64,000 nucleotides of DNA, from the IMG/VR virus record IMGVR_UViG_3300022745_000018, positions 32,001-96,000 of that record; one strand, written 5' to 3'. Shown piece by piece: positions 35,963 through 46,975 of this stretch (its first letter is position 1; each line of letters opens with the position of its first letter). This stretch comes from a virus. The position numbers and the translations under genes were made by a program. A model generated the notes under the pieces. That model was given only the letters and a program-made list of their open reading frames with translations, ran no database searches and was not told the DNA's origin.

Positions 35963-38416
35963 ATGTCAAAGATTAACGTAAACACAATTTCTTCGCTAGA
36001 CGATAGCTCATCCGTCACCGTTGGCGATATTGCGAAGAAATCCTATCTAACTTCAATTTCAGTTGCCGCTTCTGATTTCAGTAAGACCGGTGGTAATACA
36101 GTTCAGAATCTATCTGGGATGACACCAACCATTGATGGAACGATCTATCATTGCGTTTCATGGTACAACGGCTTCGCATCTACGACAAGAGGACCGTGCG
36201 GTGGTGGTACGTTTGTTTGGAATGCTACATTGGCGAAAAGCAAACATAATGGTGGAACAATCATCAGCCCAACAGTCCCAGCATACAATGGTACATCTCA
36301 AACTCTTGCTGGTTTCTTAAATGGGACTGGAGAAACTGCAACCGGAACAAATGGTTGTTGGGTCCGGGTGATGCCAACTGAAGAGATTTGGGTAGAGTGG
36401 TTCGGTGCAGATCCAACCGGATCTATCATCTCCACGGTAGCGATCCAAGGTGCAATTGATTATGCAATCTACAATAAGAATAATAGCGGTTCACAAGGTC
36501 GTCATGCTTCGGTTAGACTTGGGGGTGGTATTTTTACAATCGATGATGTCGTCCACCTAGGTTATGGTGTCGGTGGTTTTACTTCGGTTAGTTTGATTGG
36601 TTCTGGGTATGCATATCGCGGTTCGACTGCATTCAACGGGACATCTATCGTAACAACTAGAAAAGATCGCCCAGCGTTTAACTTTCAAGGTGGTCGCGGA
36701 AGTAGACTGAAAGCGATGTCTATCATCGGTCTTAACACGACTCAAATTCAGAGTAACAATATGGGTGTCTATGGCGGTGCTCTGAATGATGATACGGTAG
36801 CATCCAATTGGGTAGATCCAACAATCACAACTTCAAGATATGCACCATATGCCGCAGTGACAGTTGATGCATATTCTGGCACGAGACCGGGTACATCATA
36901 TCCTGATGTATCGTATCCATCATTCTTTGGCGCGGTTTCTCAGTATGGCAAATCGTTCTCTAGCGATTGCCGTCTTGAAGATGTCCAGATATCTGGTTGG
37001 GTGGTCGGTTTGGCCAACCAACCGTCGAACGCTGATGGTAATGGAGATTACACGAAGTTGATTGGTTGCCAGATAGAGATGGTGCAGTATGGTGTATCGA
37101 TCGGCAATTCACAATCCAGAAACGTATCAGTTGATAACTTGGTGGCAGGACAATATTACTGCTTATTCACCAATCGTCAACATGGTAAACAGATTGGTGA
37201 ATTTGGTGGTGATATCAAGAATGTGTCGTGTGGCGCTGGTATCAAAATCTTCGATGTGGCGACTGCATATGGAGGATCACTAACGGTTACGAACCTATAT
37301 TGCGAATCTCAGTATAGTCTTGGTACAATCTCAGCGACGTCGTCAAATGACCAGTCAGTTCACTTCGTCAATTGCTTGATGTCATACACTGGTCAAGACG
37401 CGACTCGCGGTGTTCCTGCGTATATTTTAGATGGTGGTGGTTCTCTTTGCGACATCAAATTTACCGGCGGAGCGCAAGGCGATTACATCTCAGTCTGGAC
37501 AACAAACCACCAAGCATGTACATTTGATGGTACGATGATGAAGCCGTTAACCAGAGATGTGTCGATCTTGGCAGAATATTATGGTGTTGCTCATAACGCG
37601 ACTTGCGGTGGGGTTGTGATTGACCAGCTCGGGTATGGTGTTGGTTTCCATGTACCGAGAAATCAGAAGATTAAGTTCAAGCGATATAATCTCGACACAC
37701 TAGCACAAGGTGGTACTACTTTTGCTCAAGATGGGTACAAATTTTCCGATAGGACAACCTGCATACCAATCTATGTAGCATTCGCTCAAGCAAAATCTGA
37801 ATCGTACGGGGACAATGTAAAAACACCAAGAGCGGTTTGGGCTGTGGCTAAAACTTCATTGGCTTCAGTGACATTGACTAATAAGACGCTGACGTTCACT
37901 TACACAGGCCAGCCAGATTGGGCATTCAATACTCGTGGTTTTGATGTCGGTGATGTGATCTATGACGATCAATCCGGAAGCGTCTTCTTCGTTCAATCTC
38001 GTACAGGAACTGCTGTCACCGCCATCCTGCAGAACAATTACAAATCGAACGGTGCGGGTGGTTTCAACCAAGTCACTGCATTCTCAACAACGTCTGGTAA
38101 TCTATGGTCGGCAAACTGTAGAATCTATACACCACAATACTATCTACGCGGCGACACCACTTCTGGTTCTGGTTCGATTACGAACTGTGCCCGTGATGAT
38201 GGATATGCTGCTTGGTACAATGGTGATATCGCCGTCAATGATCATATGGTTGTGATGGATACTATGGATCGGATCACTGGACCGAATACGGCACAGATCA
38301 CTGCTAGAGATCATACAGCAGGAACTATCACGATCTCAGGAACTGCTGCAAGATCAGAAACTCGTCGTCGATTGGCACTCTTCGTTCGTCAACCACCAGC
38401 TAACTCAGTACTGTAA
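35963..38416 (+). CDS. Tailspike / receptor-binding protein 1
   Basis: GGGTFVW..HNGGTIISPT..GCWVR head module, WFGADPTG..STVAIQ.AID, beta-helix-like body. Confidence 0.85.
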   Translation: MSKINVNTISSLDDSSSVTVGDIAKKSYLTSISVAASDFSKTGGNTVQNLSGMTPTIDGTIYHCVSWYNGFASTTRGPCGGGTFVWNATLAKSKHNGGTIISPTVPAYNGTSQTLAGFLNGTGETATGTNGCWVRVMPTEEIWVEWFGADPTGSIISTVAIQGAIDYAIYNKNNSGSQGRHASVRLGGGIFTIDDVVHLGYGVGGFTSVSLIGSGYAYRGSTAFNGTSIVTTRKDRPAFNFQGGRGSRLKAMSIIGLNTTQIQSNNMGVYGGALNDDTVASNWVDPTITTSRYAPYAAVTVDAYSGTRPGTSYPDVSYPSFFGAVSQYGKSFSSDCRLEDVQISGWVVGLANQPSNADGNGDYTKLIGCQIEMVQYGVSIGNSQSRNVSVDNLVAGQYYCLFTNRQHGKQIGEFGGDIKNVSCGAGIKIFDVATAYGGSLTVTNLYCESQYSLGTISATSSNDQSVHFVNCLMSYTGQDATRGVPAYILDGGGSLCDIKFTGGAQGDYISVWTTNHQACTFDGTMMKPLTRDVSILAEYYGVAHNATCGGVVIDQLGYGVGFHVPRNQKIKFKRYNLDTLAQGGTTFAQDGYKFSDRTTCIPIYVAFAQAKSESYGDNVKTPRAVWAVAKTSLASVTLTNKTLTFTYTGQPDWAFNTRGFDVGDVIYDDQSGSVFFVQSRTGTAVTAILQNNYKSNGAGGFNQVTAFSTTSGNLWSANCRIYTPQYYLRGDTTSGSGSITNCARDDGYAAWYNGDIAVNDHMVVMDTMDRITGPNTAQITARDHTAGTITISGTAARSETRRRLALFVRQPPANSVL

Positions 38417-38433
38417 ACATTAAAGGACAATAG

Positions 38434-40440
38434 ATGTCAAAATCACTAATAACAAAAAAGAAACTTGATAGTATCGTCTCAGTGAAGACGTTCGGTGTCG
38501 TGGGTGATGGCGTAGCGGACGATACCGCTGGGTGGTTAGCTTGGATTGATTATTGTGCAACCAATAAATTAGGTTTCATTTGTAACGAAACCATCAACTC
38601 TAAAATTTCAAGTAAATTGACATTCCCAAGAGTCACAGTCACGTACAATGGTGCACCAAAATGTCTGCCAATAGATTTAAGAAATGTGGATTTTTCATAC
38701 ACGGGCAGTCGAACAGATATCGTGATTGATATCGGAGAAGCACCTGGTGCTTCTGGATATTTTACAGAAACTGACATTTTCTTACCTAGGCTGAGTGCAT
38801 ATGGGACTGTCCAATGGCCAGGATCGTTGGCTACATCAGACATCGGTGTTAGAATTAGACAAGCAATCAGATGTCGAATTCATGAAAATTTTATATATGG
38901 GTTCACCAACGGAATTGTATATAGTGGCTGTGCATACAATACCATGAATGGTAAACACATTAGCGATTCTAAATTCGGTTTAGTCTATACAACAGAAGGA
39001 TCTACCGCCGATTATAGTTTCGCTAATGAAAACACTAGAATCGGCGGTAAAATAGGTGGATCGTCTTCTTCATCCGGTCTCGGTAATGCATACATGATCG
39101 TATTCACTTGGGATAAGATCTCTAGTTATAGAGGGCACAATGCTAATCGGTTTATAGCTCCATGCCTCGAAAGCAATGGTGCTGGGACATACCAAATGCC
39201 GATTTGGTTTGATGGTGTTGGTGGCATCAATTCTTTTGATCATGTGCGAGTAGAGGGATGTAAGGGGCCAGTCGGTCTTTTCGATGGTGGTGGTGGATCT
39301 AGGGCATACGGAACAACAATTAACCTCGATTACATTTCCTATACAGGTCAAGAAATTTCTGTTAGACAGGTCAATGGGGCCGCCGGTAATGTCATAACTG
39401 GTGCTGGTAGCGTTTCGGATTATTGGAACAGTGGAGACCTTCAAAAGCTAATCACATCTGGTGGTGCTGCTGGAGTATCTTATCTACGAGGAAAGGAATT
39501 GTTTTTCCTCAATAACGGAACACCCACGCTAGCTGATGTTAGGAGATTGGAATCTGTATTTGCGAATGCAATCAAGATGAATAGGAACGGAATCCAATTG
39601 GATTCCGGTGGATATGTTAGATTATGTGTTGCTATAGATAGCAGCAATATCAAAGATTTCGAGTGTTCGTATAATAGCTTAGATGGGTTTGTTGGTAGAC
39701 CAACATTCATTGCTCTTGATTCGCAAGGTCAAATACTTTCTGGTAGTGCTACAGAGACATTTGCGAATCCGGTCTCTGGTACCATGTACTCAAATGAACA
39801 ATATGTAAAGGCGGTTTCTTATATAGGAGACGCGGGGCAGATGTTGACCATAGGTACCCCAATGTATTCACCGTCTGCAGACTCTAGTGTCAATAAGACA
39901 GTACGTGTTACTGTACGACCAGAAGTGAAGACTTTGATTTTTGGTGTTGTTGGTGCGTCAACTCAAGCCTTAGTGAAAAGCATTTCTGTTAGAAGTTTTT
40001 CTTCACCTAATTTGGTTGGTGAAGCTAGACCACTTTCTTCTGGGCGTGGGTCTCTACGAGTATTTTCTCTTTCTGATGAAGATGGTCTAGAAAGAATGGC
40101 GACGGCTAAACCAGATACAGCTGGTACTTTTGGGTATTATCAACGCGGTTCTATTGTGTATAACCGTAGTGCTGCATCGGGGCAACCGGCTGGTTGGCAG
40201 TGTAGTAGTTCTGGATATTTAGCACCTACATGGGTATTATCAACAAATTACCAAGTCCCCGGGATGCTCGTAACTAACGACACTGGTAAGATTTACGAAC
40301 TGACTACACCCGGTACTTCATCTAGTTCAGGCGGTCCTACCGGAACTACATCGAGTTGGGACGGGATATCTGATGGGACTGCTAAGTGGAGATATGTAGG
40401 TGCACTCGTAACATTCGTCAGTTTGCCTAATAATCCATGA
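38434..40440 (+). CDS. Tailspike / receptor-binding protein 2
   Basis: VSVKTFGVVGDGVADDT; C-terminal RGSIVYN..GWQC, DGTAKWRY. Confidence 0.85.
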   Translation: MSKSLITKKKLDSIVSVKTFGVVGDGVADDTAGWLAWIDYCATNKLGFICNETINSKISSKLTFPRVTVTYNGAPKCLPIDLRNVDFSYTGSRTDIVIDIGEAPGASGYFTETDIFLPRLSAYGTVQWPGSLATSDIGVRIRQAIRCRIHENFIYGFTNGIVYSGCAYNTMNGKHISDSKFGLVYTTEGSTADYSFANENTRIGGKIGGSSSSSGLGNAYMIVFTWDKISSYRGHNANRFIAPCLESNGAGTYQMPIWFDGVGGINSFDHVRVEGCKGPVGLFDGGGGSRAYGTTINLDYISYTGQEISVRQVNGAAGNVITGAGSVSDYWNSGDLQKLITSGGAAGVSYLRGKELFFLNNGTPTLADVRRLESVFANAIKMNRNGIQLDSGGYVRLCVAIDSSNIKDFECSYNSLDGFVGRPTFIALDSQGQILSGSATETFANPVSGTMYSNEQYVKAVSYIGDAGQMLTIGTPMYSPSADSSVNKTVRVTVRPEVKTLIFGVVGASTQALVKSISVRSFSSPNLVGEARPLSSGRGSLRVFSLSDEDGLERMATAKPDTAGTFGYYQRGSIVYNRSAASGQPAGWQCSSSGYLAPTWVLSTNYQVPGMLVTNDTGKIYELTTPGTSSSSGGPTGTTSSWDGISDGTAKWRYVGALVTFVSLPNNP

Positions 40441-40456
40441 TTGAGCATTTAAGAGA

Positions 40457-40475
40457 GTCATTAAATCCATCAATA
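40457..40475 (+). repeat. 19-bp direct repeat GTCATTAAATCCATCAATA (second copy 43137-43155); candidate late promoter
   Basis: Identical upstream of tailspikes 3 and 4; partial copy at 35921-35936. Confidence 0.7.
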
Positions 40476-40494
40476 ATCTCAACGAAGAAGAACT

Positions 40495-43131
40495 ATGTCA
40501 TCCAGGATAAAAGCAGATATCATCTCAACGGTCGGTGGTCCAGACATCCAAGTCAATCAATTGGCCAAGATCTCCGACATTCACGATATCGTGACGTCAT
40601 CAACAGAATCAGTGACTGTGGTTGAAGGTCAGACGGCAATCACTTTCCAAACTTTAAGGTATACACCTAATTCTGGAAACTTGCATGTTTATGTGAATGG
40701 TCTACGCGAAACTCAATTCGTTGAGCCGTCTACATCATCTATTGTCATGCTAAATTCTTTGGCGGCTGGTGACATCGTTACCGCAACCGCCAGTTTAGTC
40801 AGAGAACTAACGCCAGGTGTTGCAAGTGGGATCGTTGGTTTGGCAAAAGAAACACAAACTGCATCCCCCGGGCAAACGCAATTTGACTTAGCAACAATCA
40901 CTTATACACCAGGTGCGAAGAATCTATCGGTTTTCGTCAACGGTGTCTATAAATCTCCAGCGCTTTACACTGAGAACAATTCTACGCGAATCACATTCAG
41001 TTCTGGGATGACTGGTGGAGAAGTCGTTGACTTCTCGGTCGTTCAGCTATCTGTTGTAAATGGTACATCCAGACGCTTTAGATACGTCGCCACAGCAGGA
41101 CAAACTTCTTTCAGTGGATCTGATTATAACGGAAAGACGATGTCATACGACGTCGGTTTCGTTGATGTTTATCTGAATGGTATTCGTTTAGACCAAACTG
41201 ACTTTACTGCTAGCACAGGTACTTCGATTGTCTTAGCGGTTAGCGCAAGCACCAGTGACGAAATCAATGTCGTTGCTTATGGTAATTTCCAATTATCTAA
41301 CATCAATAGCCAAGACGTCAAGTTTACCCAAACTGGCACAGGAGCTGTTGAACGTGACGTACGAGCCAAATTAAAAGATACTGTCTCAGTACTAGACTTT
41401 GGTGCAGATCCAACTGGTGTATCTGATTCCACAGCTGCATTCAATTTAGCGGTTTCTAATTGTCAAATCAGTGGCAAATCTTTAACGATCCCGTCAGGGA
41501 CATATAACTATACCGGTAATTTATATTCGCTGCCGATTACTATGATAGGTGTAGATCGGCCAAAGATCATCCTAACTGGCCGTTTTCAATTTCAGACCGA
41601 CAACAACATCTTAGGAAATTCTACACTCTCCGCTGGCTCTAGTGTTGGGACACAATCTGTCACAGTTTCTTCTGCTACCAATTTCGCTGCTGGGCAACTA
41701 CTCGTTGTGTACGACCCAACGGTCATGGATTCGGCTTACAATAGAGGTAGTTACACTACGGCTTTAATAACTTCAGTGGTCGGCACGACCATCAATTTAA
41801 AAGATCCGTTAGTGTATCCTCTTTTCTCTGGTGCAACAGTGACGTCTCGAGCGGCCGCAAGCGCGAACGTTAGCGGCATTGATTTCTATATGCCCAATGT
41901 ACCTGGGTCCAATCTGTATTGTTTAGTCTATTCTGGGTTGGTAAATCCAACGATCTCTGATTGTAGATTCTTCGAGACCAGTGCTCAGAAAGTTACACTC
42001 AACAATGCGGTATATGTTCAGCAATGTTACGGACTGGAAGTCAACAAATTTTACTCCAATGGCCCGCTTTACGGGATAAGCATAATCGGTGGCCGTCAAT
42101 TCAATATTCGCGGTGCTACGATGTACAATGGGCGTCATCCAGTCGTTCCGTCTTTTGGTGCAAGTAATATAGAAGTGGACGGTGTCACGACTCATAATTG
42201 CGCATGTGCACTGGATGGTCACGTTGCGTTTAACATTTCATATAGAAATGTGAGAGAGTATAATTCTTCTGAGTGGTTTGCATTAAGAGCACTTGGTGTA
42301 ACCATCCAGAACATGCAATCAGAACACATAGTGGCCCTGTCCGGTTCACCGCAATTACATGATAATTTCTTGACGCCATCGTATTCAAGTCTGAATCAAT
42401 CATTTGATTTAGAAATAGACGATTTTAGGATACAGGGTCCTAGCACAGCCAATTTGGACATTGTCGCTGGTAAAAACATCAGACTCCAGAATTGTTATTG
42501 GCCCGGCATTACATTATCTGTTAGCGGTGGCACTGCTCTTAATGCATCATCTGCGAAAATTGATAGCAATTGTGTGTTCGCGGCTCAAGGTAATACCAGA
42601 ATTTATGTATCCAGCGTGAATGGGAATCAGCAGAAATTGGATGCCGTTTTAAATTCAAGCGTTTACGAAATTCAGACACCTAAATCGTTCATAGATACTG
42701 TTGGTTATTCCGCGAAGTGCCGGGGCTTACTATATCCCAGTGCGTCAACAACAAACGGATCTATCATCAGTTGTAAAATTTATGATGACTTTGGGTATGG
42801 CCCTGCTGGGTATCTGAGATACGTAAGCGGTTCATTAGTGATCATCGTGAAAGACATTACAGGTTCACGTAGACTTAAATATGGATTCGCTCACACCATC
42901 GTTAGTACTAGTGCTATTGCGTTCGATGTTACACCAATAACAAATGAAGCATTCCCGGCTTCAGCCAATCCATCCACCGTCACTATTTCAAACATATCAC
43001 ATGCAGGTGTGACACAGGTTGGTGCTAGCAGATTTGGACATTTTGTAGGTTTTGATGTGACGTTCTCTTTACCAAGTACACCTAGGACCATTGAATTGCA
43101 GTACGAACTTGAACTTAATGCAATGACTTGA
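40495..43131 (+). CDS. Tailspike 3 with three N-terminal repeated beta modules
   Basis: 3x (GQT.F...Y..G...V(Y/F)(V/L)NG), then VSVLDFGADPTGVSDSTAAF and beta-helix. Confidence 0.87.
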   Translation: MSSRIKADIISTVGGPDIQVNQLAKISDIHDIVTSSTESVTVVEGQTAITFQTLRYTPNSGNLHVYVNGLRETQFVEPSTSSIVMLNSLAAGDIVTATASLVRELTPGVASGIVGLAKETQTASPGQTQFDLATITYTPGAKNLSVFVNGVYKSPALYTENNSTRITFSSGMTGGEVVDFSVVQLSVVNGTSRRFRYVATAGQTSFSGSDYNGKTMSYDVGFVDVYLNGIRLDQTDFTASTGTSIVLAVSASTSDEINVVAYGNFQLSNINSQDVKFTQTGTGAVERDVRAKLKDTVSVLDFGADPTGVSDSTAAFNLAVSNCQISGKSLTIPSGTYNYTGNLYSLPITMIGVDRPKIILTGRFQFQTDNNILGNSTLSAGSSVGTQSVTVSSATNFAAGQLLVVYDPTVMDSAYNRGSYTTALITSVVGTTINLKDPLVYPLFSGATVTSRAAASANVSGIDFYMPNVPGSNLYCLVYSGLVNPTISDCRFFETSAQKVTLNNAVYVQQCYGLEVNKFYSNGPLYGISIIGGRQFNIRGATMYNGRHPVVPSFGASNIEVDGVTTHNCACALDGHVAFNISYRNVREYNSSEWFALRALGVTIQNMQSEHIVALSGSPQLHDNFLTPSYSSLNQSFDLEIDDFRIQGPSTANLDIVAGKNIRLQNCYWPGITLSVSGGTALNASSAKIDSNCVFAAQGNTRIYVSSVNGNQQKLDAVLNSSVYEIQTPKSFIDTVGYSAKCRGLLYPSASTTNGSIISCKIYDDFGYGPAGYLRYVSGSLVIIVKDITGSRRLKYGFAHTIVSTSAIAFDVTPITNEAFPASANPSTVTISNISHAGVTQVGASRFGHFVGFDVTFSLPSTPRTIELQYELELNAMT

Positions 43132-43173
43132 TGAGCGTCATTAAATCCATCAATAGAATTCTAAAGAAATACA

Positions 43174-44868
43174 ATGTCATCAGAACTAGTCCTACGAACA
43201 CTGACGCCAATTGATGGCGGTTCATCAGTCCCCGTTTTAGATATCCAATCAAAGTCTGCTCTAAAGGCAATCACTGTCTCGGCTTCTGACTTCGGGAAAT
43301 CTAGTGGTAACACAATTCAGAACCTCTATGGGTCGGTCCCAACAACAGATGGAGTGCAATATAACTGCGTTTCATTCTACAACGGATTTGCAGCAACAAC
43401 GCGTGGCGCTCAGGGCGGTGGCTTGTTTGTTTGGAATGCGAACAAGCCGAAGTCCAGCCACAACGGCATCACAGTAATAAGCCCGACCGTTCCAGCCGTT
43501 GACAGTGGCGGACAGACACTTTCGGGCTTTCTCATTGGAACAGGTGAAACAGCCTCCGGCACGAATGGTGTTTGGGTTCGCGTTGATTCGTCAAATCTTG
43601 ACACCACAATGGGCGGGGCAAAGATAGACGGAATCACTGATGATTACGCAGCAATTGCTGCATGTTTGACTGCAATATCTACAAATGGCGGTGTTGTAAC
43701 ATCATTGGCGGGAACTTCTTTAAGTTCTGCTGCAATTACTATTCCAGATAACTGCACATTAAAAGGGCAAGGCAGAGAAGCAAGCATCATTCAGTTCACA
43801 TGTGCTACAGATGGAGTTGTTATTTCAGCTAACTATGCTCAGTATCGCTTGATGGACATTCAGTTACAGACCACAAACGCATCAGCGGGCAAGGCTATTA
43901 ACGTTAGTAATAAAACTCTGGGAGCTAGCAATGACGAAATTGAGAGCGTCAACATTACTGCGACTGGCTCGGGGCGTTGGGCATATGGACTTTGGGGCAC
44001 AAACTTTCAGACATCACGTGTTGAGAGTCTGAGAATCTATCAGTCAGCAACGGTCGGTATCCATATAGAGTATGGGTGCAATGCCGTCAATTGGCGAAAT
44101 GTCGAAGTCGTTGGGTCATCTGGTACAGGGACAATTCAACGGGCGCTTGAGATTGACACTACATCCAGTACGGGTGGCACGCAGTCATTCGAAGCCAACT
44201 TCTATGGAGTCACCTTCCAAGGGTATTTCACGAAGTCTCTTGTGTATTCTACTGGGTGTAATCCAAAGTTCTTCGGCGCTCACTTTGAGAACACCAACGT
44301 GGCACCTACGGATGGTGCCGATTTCGTCTTGAATGGAACATCAGTCAACTGCTCCCTGAATGGCATCCAGGGTGGTTCGATTCTGACATCAGGTACGGTA
44401 CGGAACTTCAGCATCGCTCAAAGTGAAGTGAATGCGATCACGATAGGCGCTAGTACTGTAGCAAATCTCTTCTGTGTAAGGTATTCCGCTCTCACACAGA
44501 ATGCTGGGTGTATTGTTAACTTAATTGGTGGTGATATTTCTGGTACATATCAGAAAAACTTTCTACAGAACACGCTACTTTACTATACAGCATTCCCGAC
44601 GATGATTAGCGACAACAGCGCATCACCAACGCTTCCCGGTCTTCAAGATTTGGTGTTGTTCAACAATTCATCGGCAACCAATGTCACCAGCATCGCTGGT
44701 GGGAAAACTGGTCAACGCTTGACGGTAATGTTCGGCAATGCAAACACGACCTTAGTTGATGGTACAAACCTTCGTATGGCTGGTAATCTGACTGGTGCGA
44801 TTAACACGACAATCAGTTTTATCCACGATGGCACAAATTGGTTTGAGACGTGCCGATCAGTTAATTGA
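43174..44868 (+). CDS. Tailspike 4
   Basis: N-terminal ~135 aa clearly homologous to tailspike 1; GAKIDGITDDYAAI; C-terminal DGTNWFE. Confidence 0.85.
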   Translation: MSSELVLRTLTPIDGGSSVPVLDIQSKSALKAITVSASDFGKSSGNTIQNLYGSVPTTDGVQYNCVSFYNGFAATTRGAQGGGLFVWNANKPKSSHNGITVISPTVPAVDSGGQTLSGFLIGTGETASGTNGVWVRVDSSNLDTTMGGAKIDGITDDYAAIAACLTAISTNGGVVTSLAGTSLSSAAITIPDNCTLKGQGREASIIQFTCATDGVVISANYAQYRLMDIQLQTTNASAGKAINVSNKTLGASNDEIESVNITATGSGRWAYGLWGTNFQTSRVESLRIYQSATVGIHIEYGCNAVNWRNVEVVGSSGTGTIQRALEIDTTSSTGGTQSFEANFYGVTFQGYFTKSLVYSTGCNPKFFGAHFENTNVAPTDGADFVLNGTSVNCSLNGIQGGSILTSGTVRNFSIAQSEVNAITIGASTVANLFCVRYSALTQNAGCIVNLIGGDISGTYQKNFLQNTLLYYTAFPTMISDNSASPTLPGLQDLVLFNNSSATNVTSIAGGKTGQRLTVMFGNANTTLVDGTNLRMAGNLTGAINTTISFIHDGTNWFETCRSVN

Positions 44869-44930
44869 TGTGGTTGGTGTATCAATGTCCGTCGAGATCT
44901 CGACGATTATAGACATAAAGGAATTCTAAA

Positions 44931-45185
44931 ATGGCTACAAATTTGTTTAGCGATCAGGTACAGAACATTTCGAATGTTCCTGGTTCAACGGTAACCGATG
45001 CTCTTAATACGATTAGAGAAAGTTCAGCCACAGGCGGCGGCACTGAGAGAGTGATGTTCATCAACGAGAAGACGATCAATACAAACTTCACAGTGCCCGC
45101 TGGATTCAATGCTCTATCAGCAGGCCCTATGACTATCAATGCTACCGTGACGGTAGCAGATGGTTCCACTTATGTGGTGATCTGA
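44931..45185 (+). CDS. Small tail-fibre-associated protein
   Basis: TINTNFTVPAGFNALSAGPMTI..VTV..GS motif; AAGGA SD. Confidence 0.6.
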   Translation: MATNLFSDQVQNISNVPGSTVTDALNTIRESSATGGGTERVMFINEKTINTNFTVPAGFNALSAGPMTINATVTVADGSTYVVI

Positions 45186-45847
45186 TCGACGATCTGCTTT
45201 TTATAGATCGCTTTCTTCATTAGAACTTTGGCTGCATAACCACCTGCACCACCAAGACTGCCATTGTACCGCAATAGTGCTTCGGCTTCAGTGCTACTGA
45301 TTTTCTTGTACTCTGATAAGATCTGGGCCCCAACGTCGATATTCACTTGAGGGTCTAACAGTTGGCCCTTCTCGGCCTTCTCTTTGTGCCAAGTGTGGAT
45401 GATCTGCATCAAACCAACTGCATTGCCGCTACTGACGACCGTATAGTCAAACTTTGATTCAACGGCCATCACAGCAAGAATCGTCATTGGGTCGATAGAC
45501 CACTTCGTTGCCGAATCCATGATCCATTTGGCATAGGTATTCGCCAATTTCATATCGATTCCGCCGTCACGATGGATGATAGATGCAATCGCGTTTGATA
45601 GAGCACTTCCAGTGACGCTAGAACGAATATCATTGGACAGATAGGAGATTCTACGGTAAGTTTCTCCGACGATGACTGAAGTGTATTTGAATGCTCCAAT
45701 TGCAATGATTGCAGCCATCACTGCGGCGCAAACCTTCAACCACCCAAACCGGTTGACTACTTTGTAGGTACCGTCTTTTGAGAACTTCAGTTTCACTTGT
45801 GGCATTTTACTAAATGCACGAGTTATACCAATCAAAGTCTTCTTCAT
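45170..45847 (-). CDS. Lytic transglycosylase (SLT) with N-terminal TM anchor
   Basis: AVMAVESKF, AVGLMQI, NIDVGA, YNG. Confidence 0.88.
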   Translation of the reverse strand: MKKTLIGITRAFSKMPQVKLKFSKDGTYKVVNRFGWLKVCAAVMAAIIAIGAFKYTSVIVGETYRRISYLSNDIRSSVTGSALSNAIASIIHRDGGIDMKLANTYAKWIMDSATKWSIDPMTILAVMAVESKFDYTVVSSGNAVGLMQIIHTWHKEKAEKGQLLDPQVNIDVGAQILSEYKKISSTEAEALLRYNGSLGGAGGYAAKVLMKKAIYKKQIVDQITT

Positions 45848-45868
45848 ATCAAATACTCCATTCTGGTG

Positions 45869-46975
45869 TTACAGAAAATCTTTAGCAAAGGTTTCCCACG
45901 AACTTAGAGTCCGAGATGCTGTAAAGATTCGTTTCTTGATTGTGGATTCCAACTTACCGTCCAATGCAGCGAAGATTTCCGCACGGAACTTATCGTCCAC
46001 AATCTTCAGCGCAATTGATTTCCGATCGCCATTCGTTTCGGCAATCAGGTTTGGTAGAGATGAACTGATGTCGTGTTTCGTGGTCGTCATGAAATGGACG
46101 ATCTTATCACGAAGGTCAGATACTTCCTCTTTCCGTGGTGACGGCAGCAATGCGATAGCATCGTCAATTGTACCGGAAAGAACCATCTCTGCGATGTCTT
46201 TGTCAAACTGACATTTTGAGACGGCTTTATGTAGTTGACAATATTCGTCAGTTTTCAATTTAACCCAGCCGCTGTTGGAACGAATGACGAATCCTTCGAT
46301 GCCCTTCAGTTGGTGATAAGAACTGATAATTGATTTGATATCCGCCGTGTAGGAATTCGCTATGTCGATGTAGCCGAACGAATCCGCGATGTGCTTCATG
46401 TCCTTATACGACAGATAATCACCGAGACGATTCCGCATCGCGATCAAATGGAGAAACGGTTCAGCGTAACGAATGACTACTGAATTCAATGGAGACCAGT
46501 ATTCAAAGATCGGATGAATACCACCAGCGATGCATGCGTCAATGAAAGCAACATACTTTGGTTTGTCGGCAATGAAATCCTCAGCATACTGCGAATGAGT
46601 CGTTTCTCCAGCACGAGTACCGAGAACCCAACCACGTGGATTTGTATTGGTCCGAATGACGCGGATCATTGAACCGTCAATTTTCTCCAATGCTTCTGCT
46701 TCACTTGAAAGAACGAGTTTCTGATCTGGTTTTTCGCCAAGATTGAAGAACTTGTGTAGACCAAGACCGACGAGTTCTCCGGTTTCTGCATTGAAAGCAA
46801 TTCCACGCATTTCCAATGAAGACGGAAAATCAAAGGTATGACTATCGTTGATCGCATAATCAAAGACGATATAGTCAGACTTCGCGATTTCAATGAATTC
46901 CGGTTTGGCTGCCGCGATTGCTCGACATTCAGCCAAAGTTGGTATTTTGTGATTGACCTTAATGAACATGTTCAC
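45869..46975 (-). CDS. rnlA: RNA ligase 1 (T4 RnlA-like)
   Basis: EMRGIAF, HKFFN.GE, EKIDGS, FEY..P.N..V, EGFVI, KLK...Y. Confidence 0.88.
   Translation of the reverse strand: MNMFIKVNHKIPTLAECRAIAAAKPEFIEIAKSDYIVFDYAINDSHTFDFPSSLEMRGIAFNAETGELVGLGLHKFFNLGEKPDQKLVLSSEAEALEKIDGSMIRVIRTNTNPRGWVLGTRAGETTHSQYAEDFIADKPKYVAFIDACIAGGIHPIFEYWSPLNSVVIRYAEPFLHLIAMRNRLGDYLSYKDMKHIADSFGYIDIANSYTADIKSIISSYHQLKGIEGFVIRSNSGWVKLKTDEYCQLHKAVSKCQFDKDIAEMVLSGTIDDAIALLPSPRKEEVSDLRDKIVHFMTTTKHDISSSLPNLIAETNGDRKSIALKIVDDKFRAEIFAALDGKLESTIKKRIFTASRTLSSWETFAKDFL

Noticed and set aside
45164-45180. ACCACA box at the end of the SLT gene as a class-2 promoter
   Set aside because: No TAnAAT element 15 nt downstream.
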